A stretch of 64,000 nucleotides of DNA, from sequence record PV785814.1; one strand, given 5' to 3'. The stretch's first letter is position 1, and every line of letters starts with the position of its first letter. Below the pieces are notes generated by a model, which saw only the letters and a program-made list of their open reading frames with translations, ran no database searches and had not been told where the DNA came from. A program made the position numbers and the translations under genes. Of this stretch, positions 38,401 to 50,751 are shown piece by piece.

Positions 38401-41400
38401 TCAAATGACATTAGCTGAATTAGCAGTAGACCATCCGTATTACTGTAGCGATTCGAACTATTACAGCAATGATGCTGGTATGGTCTATGACACAATGAAA
38501 GAGTTTTTAGACGAGTTCGAAGACGCCGACGTTGATATGAACTTGGTTTTTCGCTGGGATGTCAAGCCAGATTTATCAGATGAAGATTACGAAACACCGC
38601 TTGGTACGTACTACGCTGAGATCTTTATGATGCATCAACGTAAAGGTATTTTCGCGCCGTTTCATATTCGGTCTATTACAGAAGAAGACGTACCGCGTTT
38701 TGTCGCATACTTGAAACCCCATCAACAAACGTTACAACAACTTTGGAAACCGCTATGATTATTCTCAATATACTAGCGTTTTATATGCTGGTGGCAGTGG
38801 GTGCTTATTTGTATGTTGCACTAGGCGATTACATTTGGTACAAAATGAAAGGCAAGCTTGACAACAAGTTTCCGATCAACTCGATTGAAACGCACAAATT
38901 CATTGCAGTAATGAGTTTATTCTGGTTGCCACTTGTGCTAATCTTCTTGAAAAACTCAGTGAAGGGGCTTTATGAAAGACTATAGTCGCGCCGTTATCGT
39001 AGTCAACTACAAGAGCGGTAATTCAGTTGCGTTTTGGACGTATCGTTTTTCGTATTCACCACAGTCAGTAACTTGGCATGCAGCGGTGAATCCGTACGAC
39101 GAAAAAGAGAGTAATGCACTACGTGAGCGATTAGCACTGATGCGCATTGCATTGTTAGAAGACCCAGTTAAACTCGCAACCGAAATCAACGACATTGAAA
39201 GCGTATGGGTTGCAGAGCGTTATCTAGGTGAAGAAGGGGAAATACCAGAAGATGAGTGATTTACTAGCGGGTATTGTTGGCGGCATTGTGATTATTTTCA
39301 TGGCAATTGTTGGTCTGATTTGGTCAATTATTGAGTTCGTCATCGGTATTCTTGTATTAATCGGGGCGGTTATTGTCGGCGTATGTGCGACTGTACTAGG
39401 TGCAGCTATTGTAACGATAGCATGGCCTTTTGTAGAAGCTAAGAAAGCATACGACGCGCATCAAAAACGCAAGAATGAAAAGCTTTAATTTTTCATTACC
39501 AGTCAAGGTCGAGCACAAATCTCTTGTGCTTGATCTTTGTCGCTGCTCAGTTTGCCATGTTGACTTCGCTGTTTCTGACTGCATAGAAGACTACGGTCAT
39601 CATGACGGTTGGGAAATGCCTGCCTATACTGAACTACTTTGTCCCAAGTGTGAGTGTGGCGGTTGTATTGAAGATTTCTGGCCAAGCGATAAAGCAGTTT
39701 TAGAACATGGCGAATATCTGCAAGAGCACAAGCCGATGGAATTCGACCAATTTCGAAAGTGCTTTCATGACGTATACAAGGTGAAATAATGATTTATCGT
39801 TTCTGGGAAACACCAACTGGCGACTGCCTTATTGAAATGGTCGATGAACACTATAATATGGGCAAGCGTGCTTACATGACAGATATGATGGATTTCTATC
39901 GTACTGAACAAGGCAAACATGCTTTACTGAAACACGTTCACGGTTGGGGTACTGTTGAACTTGCTGATTTTGATATTCGCGAGTTAAAAGGTCTTGGCAC
40001 TGTCGAACTCGAAGAGCTTACTTTAACAGCCAATGACAAGTCGGTATTGAGTCGTTGCATTGATAAAGAAGAATTCGACTACGCTATGCTTTACTACAGC
40101 GATTACCAAAGCGTATGTCACAACGTCGTTGAATCACGCGAGTTTCATGCACTACGTAATAATCTAGTCAATGCTCATCGTGACTTACAGACTTGGTTGA
40201 AATTACAAGGTGTAGACGTTGAATAAGATGTATGCCATACGTCCGTGTCTAAATGGCTTTCTATGGAAAGTCGTTATTTTCGCGAACAACTACGAGCGTG
40301 GTACAGTCTCGTATCATTTCACCAGAGCAGGCGCATATAACTTGTGTAGACAATTAAACGAGGACAGACAATGAGCCAAATGGAATACAATAAAGGCATT
40401 CTACATCTTGTGGATAAGTTTGTGGATAAACTTGCTGAAGAACTAGTAAGTGATTCTGACTTGCCGCATTGGTGTGAGACCAAGCTTGAATATCTACGGG
40501 AAAACTCAGAAGAGTTCGGGTTGGTTTTCATCAAAGACCGTTGTTACCGTGTAACGTTTGAAAACGAGCGTGAAGATCTGTATCAGATTGCCAGAGCCGA
40601 CGTTCAGCCGAATGGTGATATTCACTTTGAGACGTATCATTATAATGGTGGTGCTCATTGGACTGAAGTTGTAGAGGGTGCGTTATGAGAACGGTCGAAC
40701 ATGTGCAAGTTGTATCTGGTGATGAAGCGGGTTATGCTACTGTAACAGAAGATGGTGGTTTTGCTCGTGAGTACAAGTCGCTGACTGAAGTTCTCGTTTC
40801 TACGGATTCGTATTACACTGATGCGTATTACTTCGTGAACAAAGACAATGCCGAGCGTTTCATGGAGAATCTCAATGAATGATCTAGTAGGCAATGAAAT
40901 CACCGCGGGTATGGAAGTCGTAGTGATGACACGTGCATTTGGTTTAACTCGTAGTCATATGCGTCTTTACACAGCTACGGTGATTTCAGTTAAGCGTGGT
41001 CGAGCATTGGTGCGTTGTCATGACACCAAGCATGAAACGACCGTTCGTAAAACTAACATCATTGTTCCGAAAGACAGTTCTGAAAACGCTATGCTTAAAG
41101 AAGCTCTTGGTAATACGCTTGAGTACATCGAGCAGCTAGAGAACAGTGCCGGTCGCATGGACGTTCTTGATGTGATTCACGACGATCTACCGAGTGACAT
41201 TGGTGATTGGGACTTTCAAGAGTACGTGAGGTTAAGCAATGGCTAAACGATTCTGGGCTGTGCAGTTCGAAGACGGTTCTTTTATTCATGAGAATCCCGA
41301 CTATGAACTAGGTCGAACACGTCAATTACAGCGTACAGACGACTTAGACAAGGCTAAACTCTGGCAAAAACCAGGTATGTTACAGACATACATGAAGAAA

Positions 41401-41472
41401 AACGGTCGATTTGCACCGGCAATTTGGGGTTCAGTGCTGGTGGAAGTACAAAGAGAGGTGGTAATTGGCTAA
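35418..41472 (+). CDS. Block of about 20 small hypothetical early ORFs (e.g. 35418-35564, 35564-36178, 36266-36622, 36693-36864, 36876-37142, three paralogs 37144-38408, 38405-38758, through 41239-41472)
   Basis: Dense + strand ORFs with overlapping junctions; no family confidently recognised. Confidence 0.65.
36190..36268 (+). promoter_or_regulatory. Terminator-hairpin/early-promoter composite element, copy 3
   Basis: AAAGGGTTGC-GCTAT-GCAGCCCTTT; TATTAT; ATCGAAACGA; AGAGAGAATATTATG. Confidence 0.85.
36634..36695 (+). promoter_or_regulatory. Early promoter and conserved leader
   Basis: TTGACT-17-GATAAT-AGCTACATCAAGACA..GAGAGAACATTATG. Confidence 0.75.
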
Positions 41473-42049
41473 ACTGTACTACAACTATTCCGCTATGAAT
41501 GCGGGAAAAAGCGCACAGCTATTGCAAGCTGCTCATAACTATGAACAGACTGGTTCTACTGTGTGGTATTTTAACTACTATCAAGACAACCGTTTTGGTG
41601 GTGTTGGGAAAATCTCTAGCCGTATTGGCTTAGAGCATGACGCTGTATTGTTCAGTGAAGAGTTCGATTTCATTCATTACGCTATGCATGAGAATCACGT
41701 GCCAGCGGCTATTTTCGTTGATGAATGTCAGTTCTTGACCCAAAAACAAGTGCTAGACCTAGCTTATATCGTCGATAAATTCAATATTCCAGTGCTTTGT
41801 TACGGTATACGTAATGATTACATGGGTAATTTATTCCAAGGTTCTGCTGCGTTGATGTGTCATGCCGACGAGATTCGCGAAATCAAAGCTATGTGCTCAG
41901 TTGATGGTTGTCATAAGAAAGCAACTCATATCGGGTTATTCATTGGCGGAACTCGTGTGCTTGATGGTGAACAGACATATATTGGTGATACTGATTACCG
42001 TAGTATGTGTCGTAAACATTTTATAGAGGGAATTGATGGTACTAGCTAA
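41465..42049 (+). CDS. tk: Thymidine kinase
   Basis: YSAMNAGKS, IFVDECQFL, LCYGIRNDY, LF.GS, C..C Zn motif, Y.SMCRKHF; TTG start. Confidence 0.95.
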   Translation: MAKLYYNYSAMNAGKSAQLLQAAHNYEQTGSTVWYFNYYQDNRFGGVGKISSRIGLEHDAVLFSEEFDFIHYAMHENHVPAAIFVDECQFLTQKQVLDLAYIVDKFNIPVLCYGIRNDYMGNLFQGSAALMCHADEIREIKAMCSVDGCHKKATHIGLFIGGTRVLDGEQTYIGDTDYRSMCRKHFIEGIDGTS

Positions 42050-45000
42050 TTTACTATGTACGTTGATTGCTGCATACATTGGCAATTACATTGGTCGTTA
42101 TCTGACAGTACAGAGTGGTACATACAGAGGTCGTGATCCGTTTGCGTTTCGTAACATGAATCACTTTGTGAATATCGTCGTTGCATTTCTCGTATGCGCG
42201 TTAACGGGTGGGTTATGAGTCATATACAAGATTTAGAAGCACAGATTCGCGAACTTGAGCGTGAGCTGAAAGAAGAGCGAAGTCGTTGTCACCATACTCG
42301 GGTGACTTACAAGAACGGGGCTGCTGATGGTGATCCGTGGTCTAGAGATCAGTACTGGCGAGATATTGAATGTCTTGATTGTGGGTTTAAATCTCATATT
42401 GACAGCGACATCAACCCAACTGACTATAACTTTCGCGGTGCATTAGGTTCTGTCTTACACGTGCCTAATGAGAAATACGCGGTTTATGTTGAAGTGAAAA
42501 AACTAATTGAGGAATCAGATGAAATACGCACGCTATATTGAGTTCAATGACAACGAAGGTGAAACGTGGCATCGTTTTATCCCAATGACCGATCCGTGTC
42601 TAGACAAGTTTCTAGATGTAATGAAGCTCGTTGAAGATTCAGACGACACGTATTCAATTGAAATAGACCGTGAAGGCAAGGTTGTTCAGTACGATGAATC
42701 ATACGTGAAAGTGCTAGTTGACGAATCGGCTATGTACATGAACGGTTACATGGATGCATATGCCGTGTGCAACATCAACGAAGACATTTTCAAATACGTA
42801 GGTGACTATGAAGAAGCTTACGAAACACTATACAAAATGGGGTGGGCGAAATGAGCCAAGCATTATATGACGTAGTAAAAGCGTACAACGATGAGCATGG
42901 TTATTCAAACGAGCCAGATTCAATGTATGAAACGTTCATTGAATGTCTAAGCAAGCGTATTGTACAAGAAGAAAACGAGTCTGAGCATCGTTGGTATGAC
43001 ATTCGTTCGGTTGTACATGCTGTTGACATCGACGGAACAGAGCGTTACTTCCAGACGTTTGATTATCACATTACTGGTGATAACTGTGCAAGTGACATGG
43101 ATTTAGACATGCCGACGCTTGATGATGTGACAGAAGTACACCCACATCAAGTAACAATGACTGTTTACAAGTAATGAAAGCCCCTTAATTGGGGCTTTTT
43201 TAGGTCTGAAGAAAATTATTTTAATTTTTTTGCAAAAAGTGGTTGCGTGGTGAATGGTAATTGCCTATTATAGCTACATCGAAACGAGATACACATTCTT
43301 AAACGACTATAGAGAGACGACATTATGCCTAGCAACCTAAACAACATCAAAATCAAAGACATTCGCGAATTCGGTATCAGCACTGTTGAGTACAAAGATT
43401 TCACAATCTTCGCTACTGAAGAGCTTGGTGAGATTATCCTACGCGCTGCTGTATGTTACGACGCAGACTCTGACGCTCACGTATCAGTAGTTGACGTATG
43501 TGGTGACACTCTGAAAGAAGCGAAAGCTTACTTGCAAGCTGAATTGAACGACATCAAACACACTGCTGGTCAAATCGCTGAAATGGCAATTGCACTAGAT
43601 GACTTTGTTGGTCAATACGAAGTGCTAGTTGAGAAGTTCAACAAGCCAGTAGCAGTAGCTGCGCCAGTTGTTGAGACTAAGCCAGAGCCTAAAGCTGAGA
43701 AGAAAACAAACGCTCGTGGTCAAGCTGCACGTGACTTAGTAGCCGAGAAAGCAACTGAACTTCTTGGTCTAACTGAGATTACATTCGAGCAGCGTGGCAA
43801 ATACAAAGACTGGTACATCATGGGTACTGACGCTGAAGGTGAAGCATTCGAGCAACGTCTAGACGTATTCAAGAAGAAACTAGTAGTAATGGGCGCACTA
43901 TGATTATCACTAAAAGCAGAGTCGTGTACGACCGATATGAACTAACATGCGCTAACGACTTATTAGAGCATGTTAGTGAAGTCCGACGCTACGACGACGA
44001 ACTTGACTTGTATCACGATAGCGGTAAGCCAGGTATTCTAACTCGACTTGCCACTATCAAACTCAAAGACGTTGGTGAGGTTCAATCTATCGACGCTCTA
44101 GAGCATTTCAAAGACAACTATGAACGGTATTGGGAGGTTCTAAATGGCTGATTTAATCGCGGGTGTTGTGTATATCGTAGTTCTAATCGGTATTGTTATC
44201 TACTGTGTATACGATGAGATTCGCAATAACAAAGATAAGCCGATGAAAGGCGATGATGCAAGTAGCATTTTTATAATAGCAGTTGCATGGCCAGTTATCG
44301 CAATGCTTCTTCTAAGTGCGGGTATGGCTCATGGTATTGAGAAGTCGTTTACCTACGTTGTCAACAAGCTAAAGGGATTGTAATGGTTAATCAAATTAGA
44401 CGCATCAATGGCAACGATTTTCTAGTGACCTCTCATCGTGACAACAAGTGTGAAGTACAAAAGCTTTCACATACTGAATTGGTAGTTGACACGTACGACG
44501 AAACAGAACTAGAATCATTCGAACTTATTACAACATTATCGGACACATTCTAATGCAACCAATAGACGTAAGAGACAGACTGCCAGAACGAGACGGCACT
44601 TATCTGTGCATTCGATACGGTATGCCGTATATGCCAGAAGCGATTGAGTTCTTTATTGACTGCGACGACATCGGTGTTTGGTCAGATGAGATTCTTTGCA
44701 GACAAGGTGGCGGTGGTGTTAAGCCTTACAATCAATTGTCTAACGCTGAGAAATACTGGCGAACCAATTACGGTAAAGTGATTTACTGGTTTGAAGTCCC
44801 TGAGAATCACATGAGCAGCAACGATTTCAAAGACTACATGCTTGCTGAACTATGCAGTCGCGGTATTGATCCGGATGAAGTCACTGGTACATGGGATAGA
44901 GTAGAAGCACACGGAGAAACAACATGCACAAAATGACAGTACACGTATGTGACTATTGCGACTTTCAAAGCATTCTAGAGCGTGAAGTCGCAGCACACGA

Positions 45001-46746
45001 GAAAGTTTGCGCTGCTGTGAAAACGTTCAACGATGTTAAAGCGATTAAGCAAGCGCAAGCTAGTGCTTACCTCGATACGATTCGTTTACGCGCTTGTTCG
45101 ATTCAACACTTGTTTGACATCATTCTTGATGAAGAAGACATGATCATTGAAGCCGTTCAAGTTCTGCACTTCTACGGCGAAGAGCGTAAAACACCGCGTA
45201 TGACTAATTTCAAGTGGAAGTTTAGTCAATTCTGCAACGTAGGGAATCAGTTTAGAGAGAACGTCCAGACGCATAGCGCGCCAGTTGGTCAGAAAGCGCA
45301 TGGGATTGCGGGGCCGTCGAGTGAGTATAAACGAGCGTTAGCTTCCGACGTTGAAGCGACGTGGGAACATCAAGGCAGTCGCAAGTCAGTAGATCGCTAT
45401 AAAAAGTATCTTGGGTATATCCCGGGTGTGAATACAGGCAGTGGTGGCGGGGTAGATAAAGTTCATTACTACATCACATTATGGAAAGAAGATTTTCCAT
45501 TATTTTCATAATCACCAAAAAAAGGGTTGCGCTATGCAGCCCTTTTCTGTATTATAGCTTTATCGAAACGAGATACAGAGAGAACATTATGACTTCAGTA
45601 ATCAACGCAAAATTCCAAGCAGTTATCCACAAAGCACAAGACGCAGTTGTTGAAGTCAATACTTCTTTCGATTACGTAGCATCTAACGCTGAAATCGCAA
45701 CTGACATTTGGCACAACGAAATGACTCCGTTCGAGCGCCTAGAGTTTGTTCAAGAATTCACGCCAGAGAATCTAGTTATCGAGCGTCGTTACAAACTTGC
45801 ACTATGGTTAATTGAAAATTCTTTAAAATAATCATTGACAGCAATCACCAAAAAGCCGATAATAGCTACATCAAGACGAAAGAGAGAACATTATGAACTA
45901 CACTACTGAAACAATCACAGCTTGCATGAATCTAGTTGCTACATTGAAATCAGACAAGATTACAAAAGGTAACGTTACTAAACTTCGCGCTGCATACCGC
46001 GCACAGCAAGATCAAGAAGTGTCGATTGCAATGTCTTCTATCTGTTCTATTGCTGAACGTCACTTAGACCGTAAAGCAGCGAATCGTCCGAGCATGACGA
46101 AGTGCGCAGAGTCTTACTTGAACTTTGATTGGCGCACAATCCCTGGTTGTATTGGTTTCACTCGCGAAGTAGCAGAGGTTTAAATGATTAGTCTTTTAAA
46201 AGCAGTAAACAGTGAGTTCACAGACAAGACGGGTTATGTTTTGCCTTCTGAAATCGCTGAGAAAGTCGCACGAGAGTGTGAGCAAGAATATTGGGCTACG
46301 TTTTACACGCATGATTGCACGTCGTTAGACACTGCTGATCGGGACATTGCATTCGATTGCATTGCCACAGAACTTGGCTTCGAAGCTGGCTGGCCATTGT
46401 ACATGTCAACTCAAGAATACACAGAGTCATTCTGGGCAGCTATTGAGAAATTGGAGAAAGCATGAAAATTTTATCTAAAGTAAAAGAGTTCTTCTTCCCT
46501 ACGATCACGCCACCAGTGATTGGCGAACAATATCGTCAAATCGAGAGAGATTGGGTTGACGTTGAAAATCACGCGACTATAATCGAAGTCACCAACGTAT
46601 CGAAAGACGGTAAGCACATAAAATACGAATGGGTTCGTATTGAAGGCAAGCCATGCGTGCAAACATTCGCAGGTTCAACATCGTCTAGCAGTACATACGA
46701 AATGGCAACACACCACCTTTACAGAATATTTGAGAAAGTAAAATGA
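42033..46746 (+). CDS. Block of small hypothetical ORFs, including 43325-43903, a DUF551-like protein 44553-44936, 44933-45511, 45589-45831, 45893-46183
   Basis: Dense + strand ORFs; DRLPE..YL..YW motif in 44553-44936. Confidence 0.65.
43177..43201 (+). terminator. Intrinsic terminator (identical to 15249-15273)
   Basis: AAAGCCCC-TTAATT-GGGGCTTTTTT. Confidence 0.85.
43243..43327 (+). promoter_or_regulatory. Early promoter and conserved leader
   Basis: TTGCGT-17-TATTAT-AGCTACATCGAAACGA. Confidence 0.8.
45521..45591 (+). promoter_or_regulatory. Terminator-hairpin/early-promoter composite element, copy 4
   Basis: AAAGGGTTGC-GCTAT-GCAGCCCTTT; TATTAT; ATCGAAACGAGATAC; GAGAGAACATTATG. Confidence 0.85.
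45835..45895 (+). promoter_or_regulatory. Early promoter and conserved leader
   Basis: TTGACA-17-GATAAT-AGCTACATCAAGACGAAAGAGAGAACATTATG. Confidence 0.8.
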
Positions 46747-47159
46747 CACGAATCAATTGTATGCCGGCTGAAACGCTCTCTGACAAGCATTTACTTGCAG
46801 AGTATAAAGAGATAACTCGTCCCTTCAACAAGGTTGAGAAGCGCATACAAGAGCATACAATGGGTAATGTGACCATTCCTGAGCATTACGTGCTTGGTAC
46901 TGGTCACGAAACGTTCTTTTTTGACAAGCTGCACTATCTTTATACACGTTATCAAGACTTGTGCGAAGAGTTATTGCATCGTGGTGTGAACATCAACGTT
47001 GAGCAGTTTGAAGAAATCTGCGAGTGGATTGAAAACACGTTTGTTGACACACCATACTGGAACTATTGGTCACCGAGACCAGAAGACATGTATTTGAACA
47101 TGGCTCGACTTGTGAAGCGCAGCAATTTCGACTCTGCGAAAAATGAAGCACTGAACTGA
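46743..47159 (+). CDS. denV: Pyrimidine-dimer DNA glycosylase (endonuclease V)
   Basis: MTRIN....L.DKHLLAEYKEITR, YVLGTGHETFFFDKLHYL..RY..L..EL..RG. Confidence 0.93.
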   Translation: MTRINCMPAETLSDKHLLAEYKEITRPFNKVEKRIQEHTMGNVTIPEHYVLGTGHETFFFDKLHYLYTRYQDLCEELLHRGVNINVEQFEEICEWIENTFVDTPYWNYWSPRPEDMYLNMARLVKRSNFDSAKNEALN

Positions 47160-47169
47160 GGAAATTATT

Positions 47170-49059
47170 ATGGCACGTCCACCGAGATTTGATGATTATC
47201 ACCCACATCCGCCAAGAAGACCAAACGGTACGCGACACGTTAAAGACGGTTTACCAGATGAGCCTAGTTCTCGTAAGTTAAACTGCAAAGTAACTGAGCA
47301 GAAAGACGCGAAGATTTTCAAAATCATCATGTTCTGGTTCTTCTTTGCAATAATCGGGATTGGGATTGCTTCATACGCGGGTTTCTTCAGACAGATTGAA
47401 ATCGGTGATCGGTACTTCATTATTGAAGATAGCGGCTGGGAACGTGGTGAGAAAATATCGTTTGGTATTACAGTCACTGACGTGAATTACGAGCAGAAAC
47501 GACTACGCTACGTGTACATCGGTACAAAATCTGCCGAGCGAGAACTGACCTTTGAAGCTCTTAAACGCTCGTATGTAGCTGAACGCGATTTGAAACACAC
47601 AACATCGGAGAAAACAAAATGAAATTCAAATGGACACCGCTTACGTTTACCGGCGCGATTATTCTAGTGTGGGCTACTGTAATCTTTATGCTGTACAATA
47701 CTGCAAATGGGTTCCCGAGTTTCAAGCCTGATATTAAAGTCGGTGATGTGTACCAACGTGTTAAAGTAGCCAAATACGCAAGCGATCCCGACGAAGTTAC
47801 GGTTATTGAAATCACAGAGATCAGTAAAGATGGTGATGACGTGCGTTACATTTACAAAATGATCGACAATAAGCCGTTTCACGATGATGACCCGCATCAC
47901 TGGAATTCATCAACGACAACAATTTACAAATTGTATGAGAAACTTGATTATGAAAGCAACGCAAAAGCAGATCGAACTATGTAACTTGCTCATCGACAAT
48001 GGCGCGCCGTTTTACTTGAAGCATCCGCATGAAGATAGCATTGAAGCTGCTGATCAGTTCATCAAAGCCAATCGTCATTATCTACAGCGTGGTATTGTCA
48101 AACATGAGAACTATTACCACAAAGCAATCGAGAACGGATTGATGCCTGAAGATTTAGGTGTGCCAAATATGTAAAAAGTGGTTGCAATGCTCATTCAGAT
48201 ACGTATAATGAACTCATCAACTGAAGAGAGAAACATTATGACTGACAGACTAGATTGGGAAATCGTTAAGAAATCAAGCTTCATTGCAACGTACAAAGAC
48301 GGCACAGTAATCGTAGCTCGTACACGCAGTGAGTTAAACAGCAAGATCAACGAATTCGAGAAGTCGCTATGAGTTACATCAATTGGGATATTCTCAACAA
48401 GAAAGTGTTAATCAAATCCAATCACGGTCAAGCATTGATAGTGAATGTCAACTTTGATGACACTTTCAAAGAATCAGGCGCGACATTCGTTAACGTTCTG
48501 TACCTTGCAACTGAAGACTTCACAGATCTCGACTTCACAGAAGAAGAGTCGCCGAATCTACAGCATTACGTGTACACTGGTTATTGGAAACTTGATTACA
48601 TCAATTCACTGTTTGGAGAGAAACAATGAGCTTTAAAACCCGAGTAAAAATTTGGCACGCTGCACGAGCAGTTGATATGTTCTTGTTCAATCTAGCCGTA
48701 GCGATTTCGCGAAGCTTCTAACACAAGGGGGGATGGTATGCCGTTCACGCTATCCCTTCACGATTTATCACCAATGGGATTTGATGATTTCAGCAAAGCA
48801 GTAGATAAAATCAGGGAAGAATCTAAGGAAGAAATTTATGAAAGTAGTATACGAAAATGCAACAAAGCACGAGAAAGGTCTTGTGGTGTATCTGCGATTC
48901 AACGACACGACGAATTATCGCGTCGGTAATGGTGCTGTGAAAACCGGTAACTCGTTTCAAGGCACAGTAAAGAAAGGCGAAAAAGTCTACGCAGATGAAT
49001 TCGTTGTCGCTCACTCAAGTCAAACAGTCGAAGACGCTAACAAGCGCCAATGCAAATAG
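47170..49059 (+). CDS. Block of small hypothetical ORFs, including membrane-anchored paralogs 47170-47622 and 47619-47984
   Basis: Dense ORFs; promoter TTGCAA-16-TATAAT at 48182-48209. Confidence 0.65.
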
Positions 49060-49068
49060 GAGAATAAC

Positions 49069-50049
49069 ATGCACGCAGGTGTAATTGGTAAATTCAACAA
49101 CTATCATCAAGGTCATTTCAAGCTGATCAAGTTCGCGCTATCACTTGCTGACAAAGTAACTGTTTTGCTTTGCACTGAAGACAGCGATCCGATTCCAGTC
49201 GAAACTCGCATGAAATGGATGCACAAAGACTTCGGCAATCGCATTCGTATTAGTGTGATTTGTCCAAGCGACGAAGGTCTATCGAACAAATCAGAGTCTG
49301 ATCGCGAAGTATCGAAGCAATGGGCAGCGTACATCGACGACAACTACCCAGAGATTGATGCGTTTGTAGGTTCAGAGCAATACATCAATTACTGTGCTGA
49401 GTACGGTAACTTTGATGGAATCATTTACGACGAAGCACGCGAGATCACACCTTGCTCAAGCACGTCGGTTCGTGAGAACAATTCACATGAGTTCTACAGC
49501 CCGAGCGCACAGCAAGACCGCGTAACTCGAATTGCATTCATCGGTCCCGAGTCGTGCGGTAAGTCATGGAACGCAGCATCAATCGCGGCTGCAAATGGTT
49601 ACGAACTTGTGCTTGAAGCTGCACGCGACATCATGAGCGACAATCACTACACCGAGCACGACGTTCTAGAGTTCGCGATTGCTCAAACTGCACGTATTGA
49701 AGCAACTGGCAAAGAAAGTGACACTGTAATCGTTGATTCTTCTGCCATTACGTCGGCTGTGTACAGTCACTTTCAGTTCAATGACACGCCAACATTGCTG
49801 AAAGCACTAGCGGCATTCGAAAGCATTGATGCGTACGTGTTGTTCCGCCCGAACTGTGAGTTTGTTCAAGACGGCACTCGTACTCAATCGCAAGGCGAAC
49901 GAGAACTGTGGTTTGAAATAGCACGAGACCTCTTAGTGAAAACAGGTAAGCCGTTTATGACTGTTCAGAAAGGTCAGAATTGGGAAGAGCGTCTTCATGA
50001 GACCGTTTGTCATATATCATTACTAAAAGAGAAAGTAAAATGTTCATAG
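49069..50049 (+). CDS. nadR: NadR-like NMN adenylyltransferase / ribosylnicotinamide kinase (no HTH)
   Basis: GKFNNYHQGH (HxGH), R..WM, IAFIGPESCGKS P-loop, FVQDGTR. Confidence 0.88.
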   Translation: MHAGVIGKFNNYHQGHFKLIKFALSLADKVTVLLCTEDSDPIPVETRMKWMHKDFGNRIRISVICPSDEGLSNKSESDREVSKQWAAYIDDNYPEIDAFVGSEQYINYCAEYGNFDGIIYDEAREITPCSSTSVRENNSHEFYSPSAQQDRVTRIAFIGPESCGKSWNAASIAAANGYELVLEAARDIMSDNHYTEHDVLEFAIAQTARIEATGKESDTVIVDSSAITSAVYSHFQFNDTPTLLKALAAFESIDAYVLFRPNCEFVQDGTRTQSQGERELWFEIARDLLVKTGKPFMTVQKGQNWEERLHETVCHISLLKEKVKCS

Positions 50050-50731
50050 TCTGGGGTATTAACTTAGCAATCGTTGTAATTGCAATCGTAGTCACGCTGT
50101 TTTTAAAAGGCGCGTTCATGATGAACATCGAATGGGGTCACTATCTAGACCGTTTGCAGGGTTTCAAATACGGCGGGTTGTTTACTGAAGAGCAACGAGC
50201 GCATTTCGAAAAGAATTCGTACGATGATCTGCCATTCTGGTGTTTCACATTCATATGTTTTGATGTGGTAGTGCTTGGCGTGTTATTTCTACTCGGCAAC
50301 TTCTTTCCAATCATCCCTGCTGCAATTCTATTGTTTGCAGTGATCAGAACAATCGTTATTAAGGTGAAGAAATGTTAATGAAAACGATAGCATCAATTGT
50401 GATTCTGGCGTGGCTTATCAACTTGCTCATACCAGTTGTACTATGTGCGGGTGGGTTTCTTGTGAACTTCATGTTCCGAACTGAATTCCCGTTCGTTGAG
50501 TATGCCGACAAATATCAGACGTTCAAGTGGAGTTGGCTGTTTGGCAACTACATGGAATCTGACGATCACGCGATAGCGTATTTCATGCTTGACTTGATTT
50601 GCGGTACGGTTTTAATGCTAATCAGCTTATTCGTACTAGAGCAGAGCGCAGTCGTGTGGTTATTGATTGCAACGCCATTCATTGTTCGATTTCTCACGGG
50701 GATCGGGAAGAAATACATTAAAAAAGGCTAG
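50040..50731 (+). CDS. Two paralogous multi-pass membrane proteins (50040-50378; 50372-50731)
   Basis: Similar hydrophobic layouts with a shared NL..V. start and (F/L)D..(C)G second helix. Confidence 0.6.
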
Positions 50732-50744
50732 CGCAATGCTAGCC
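50721..50744 (-). terminator. Terminator for the inverted Ig-domain gene
   Basis: GGCTAGC-GCAAT-GCTAGCC with a T run on the - strand. Confidence 0.7.
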
Positions 50745-50751
50745 AGTTCGA

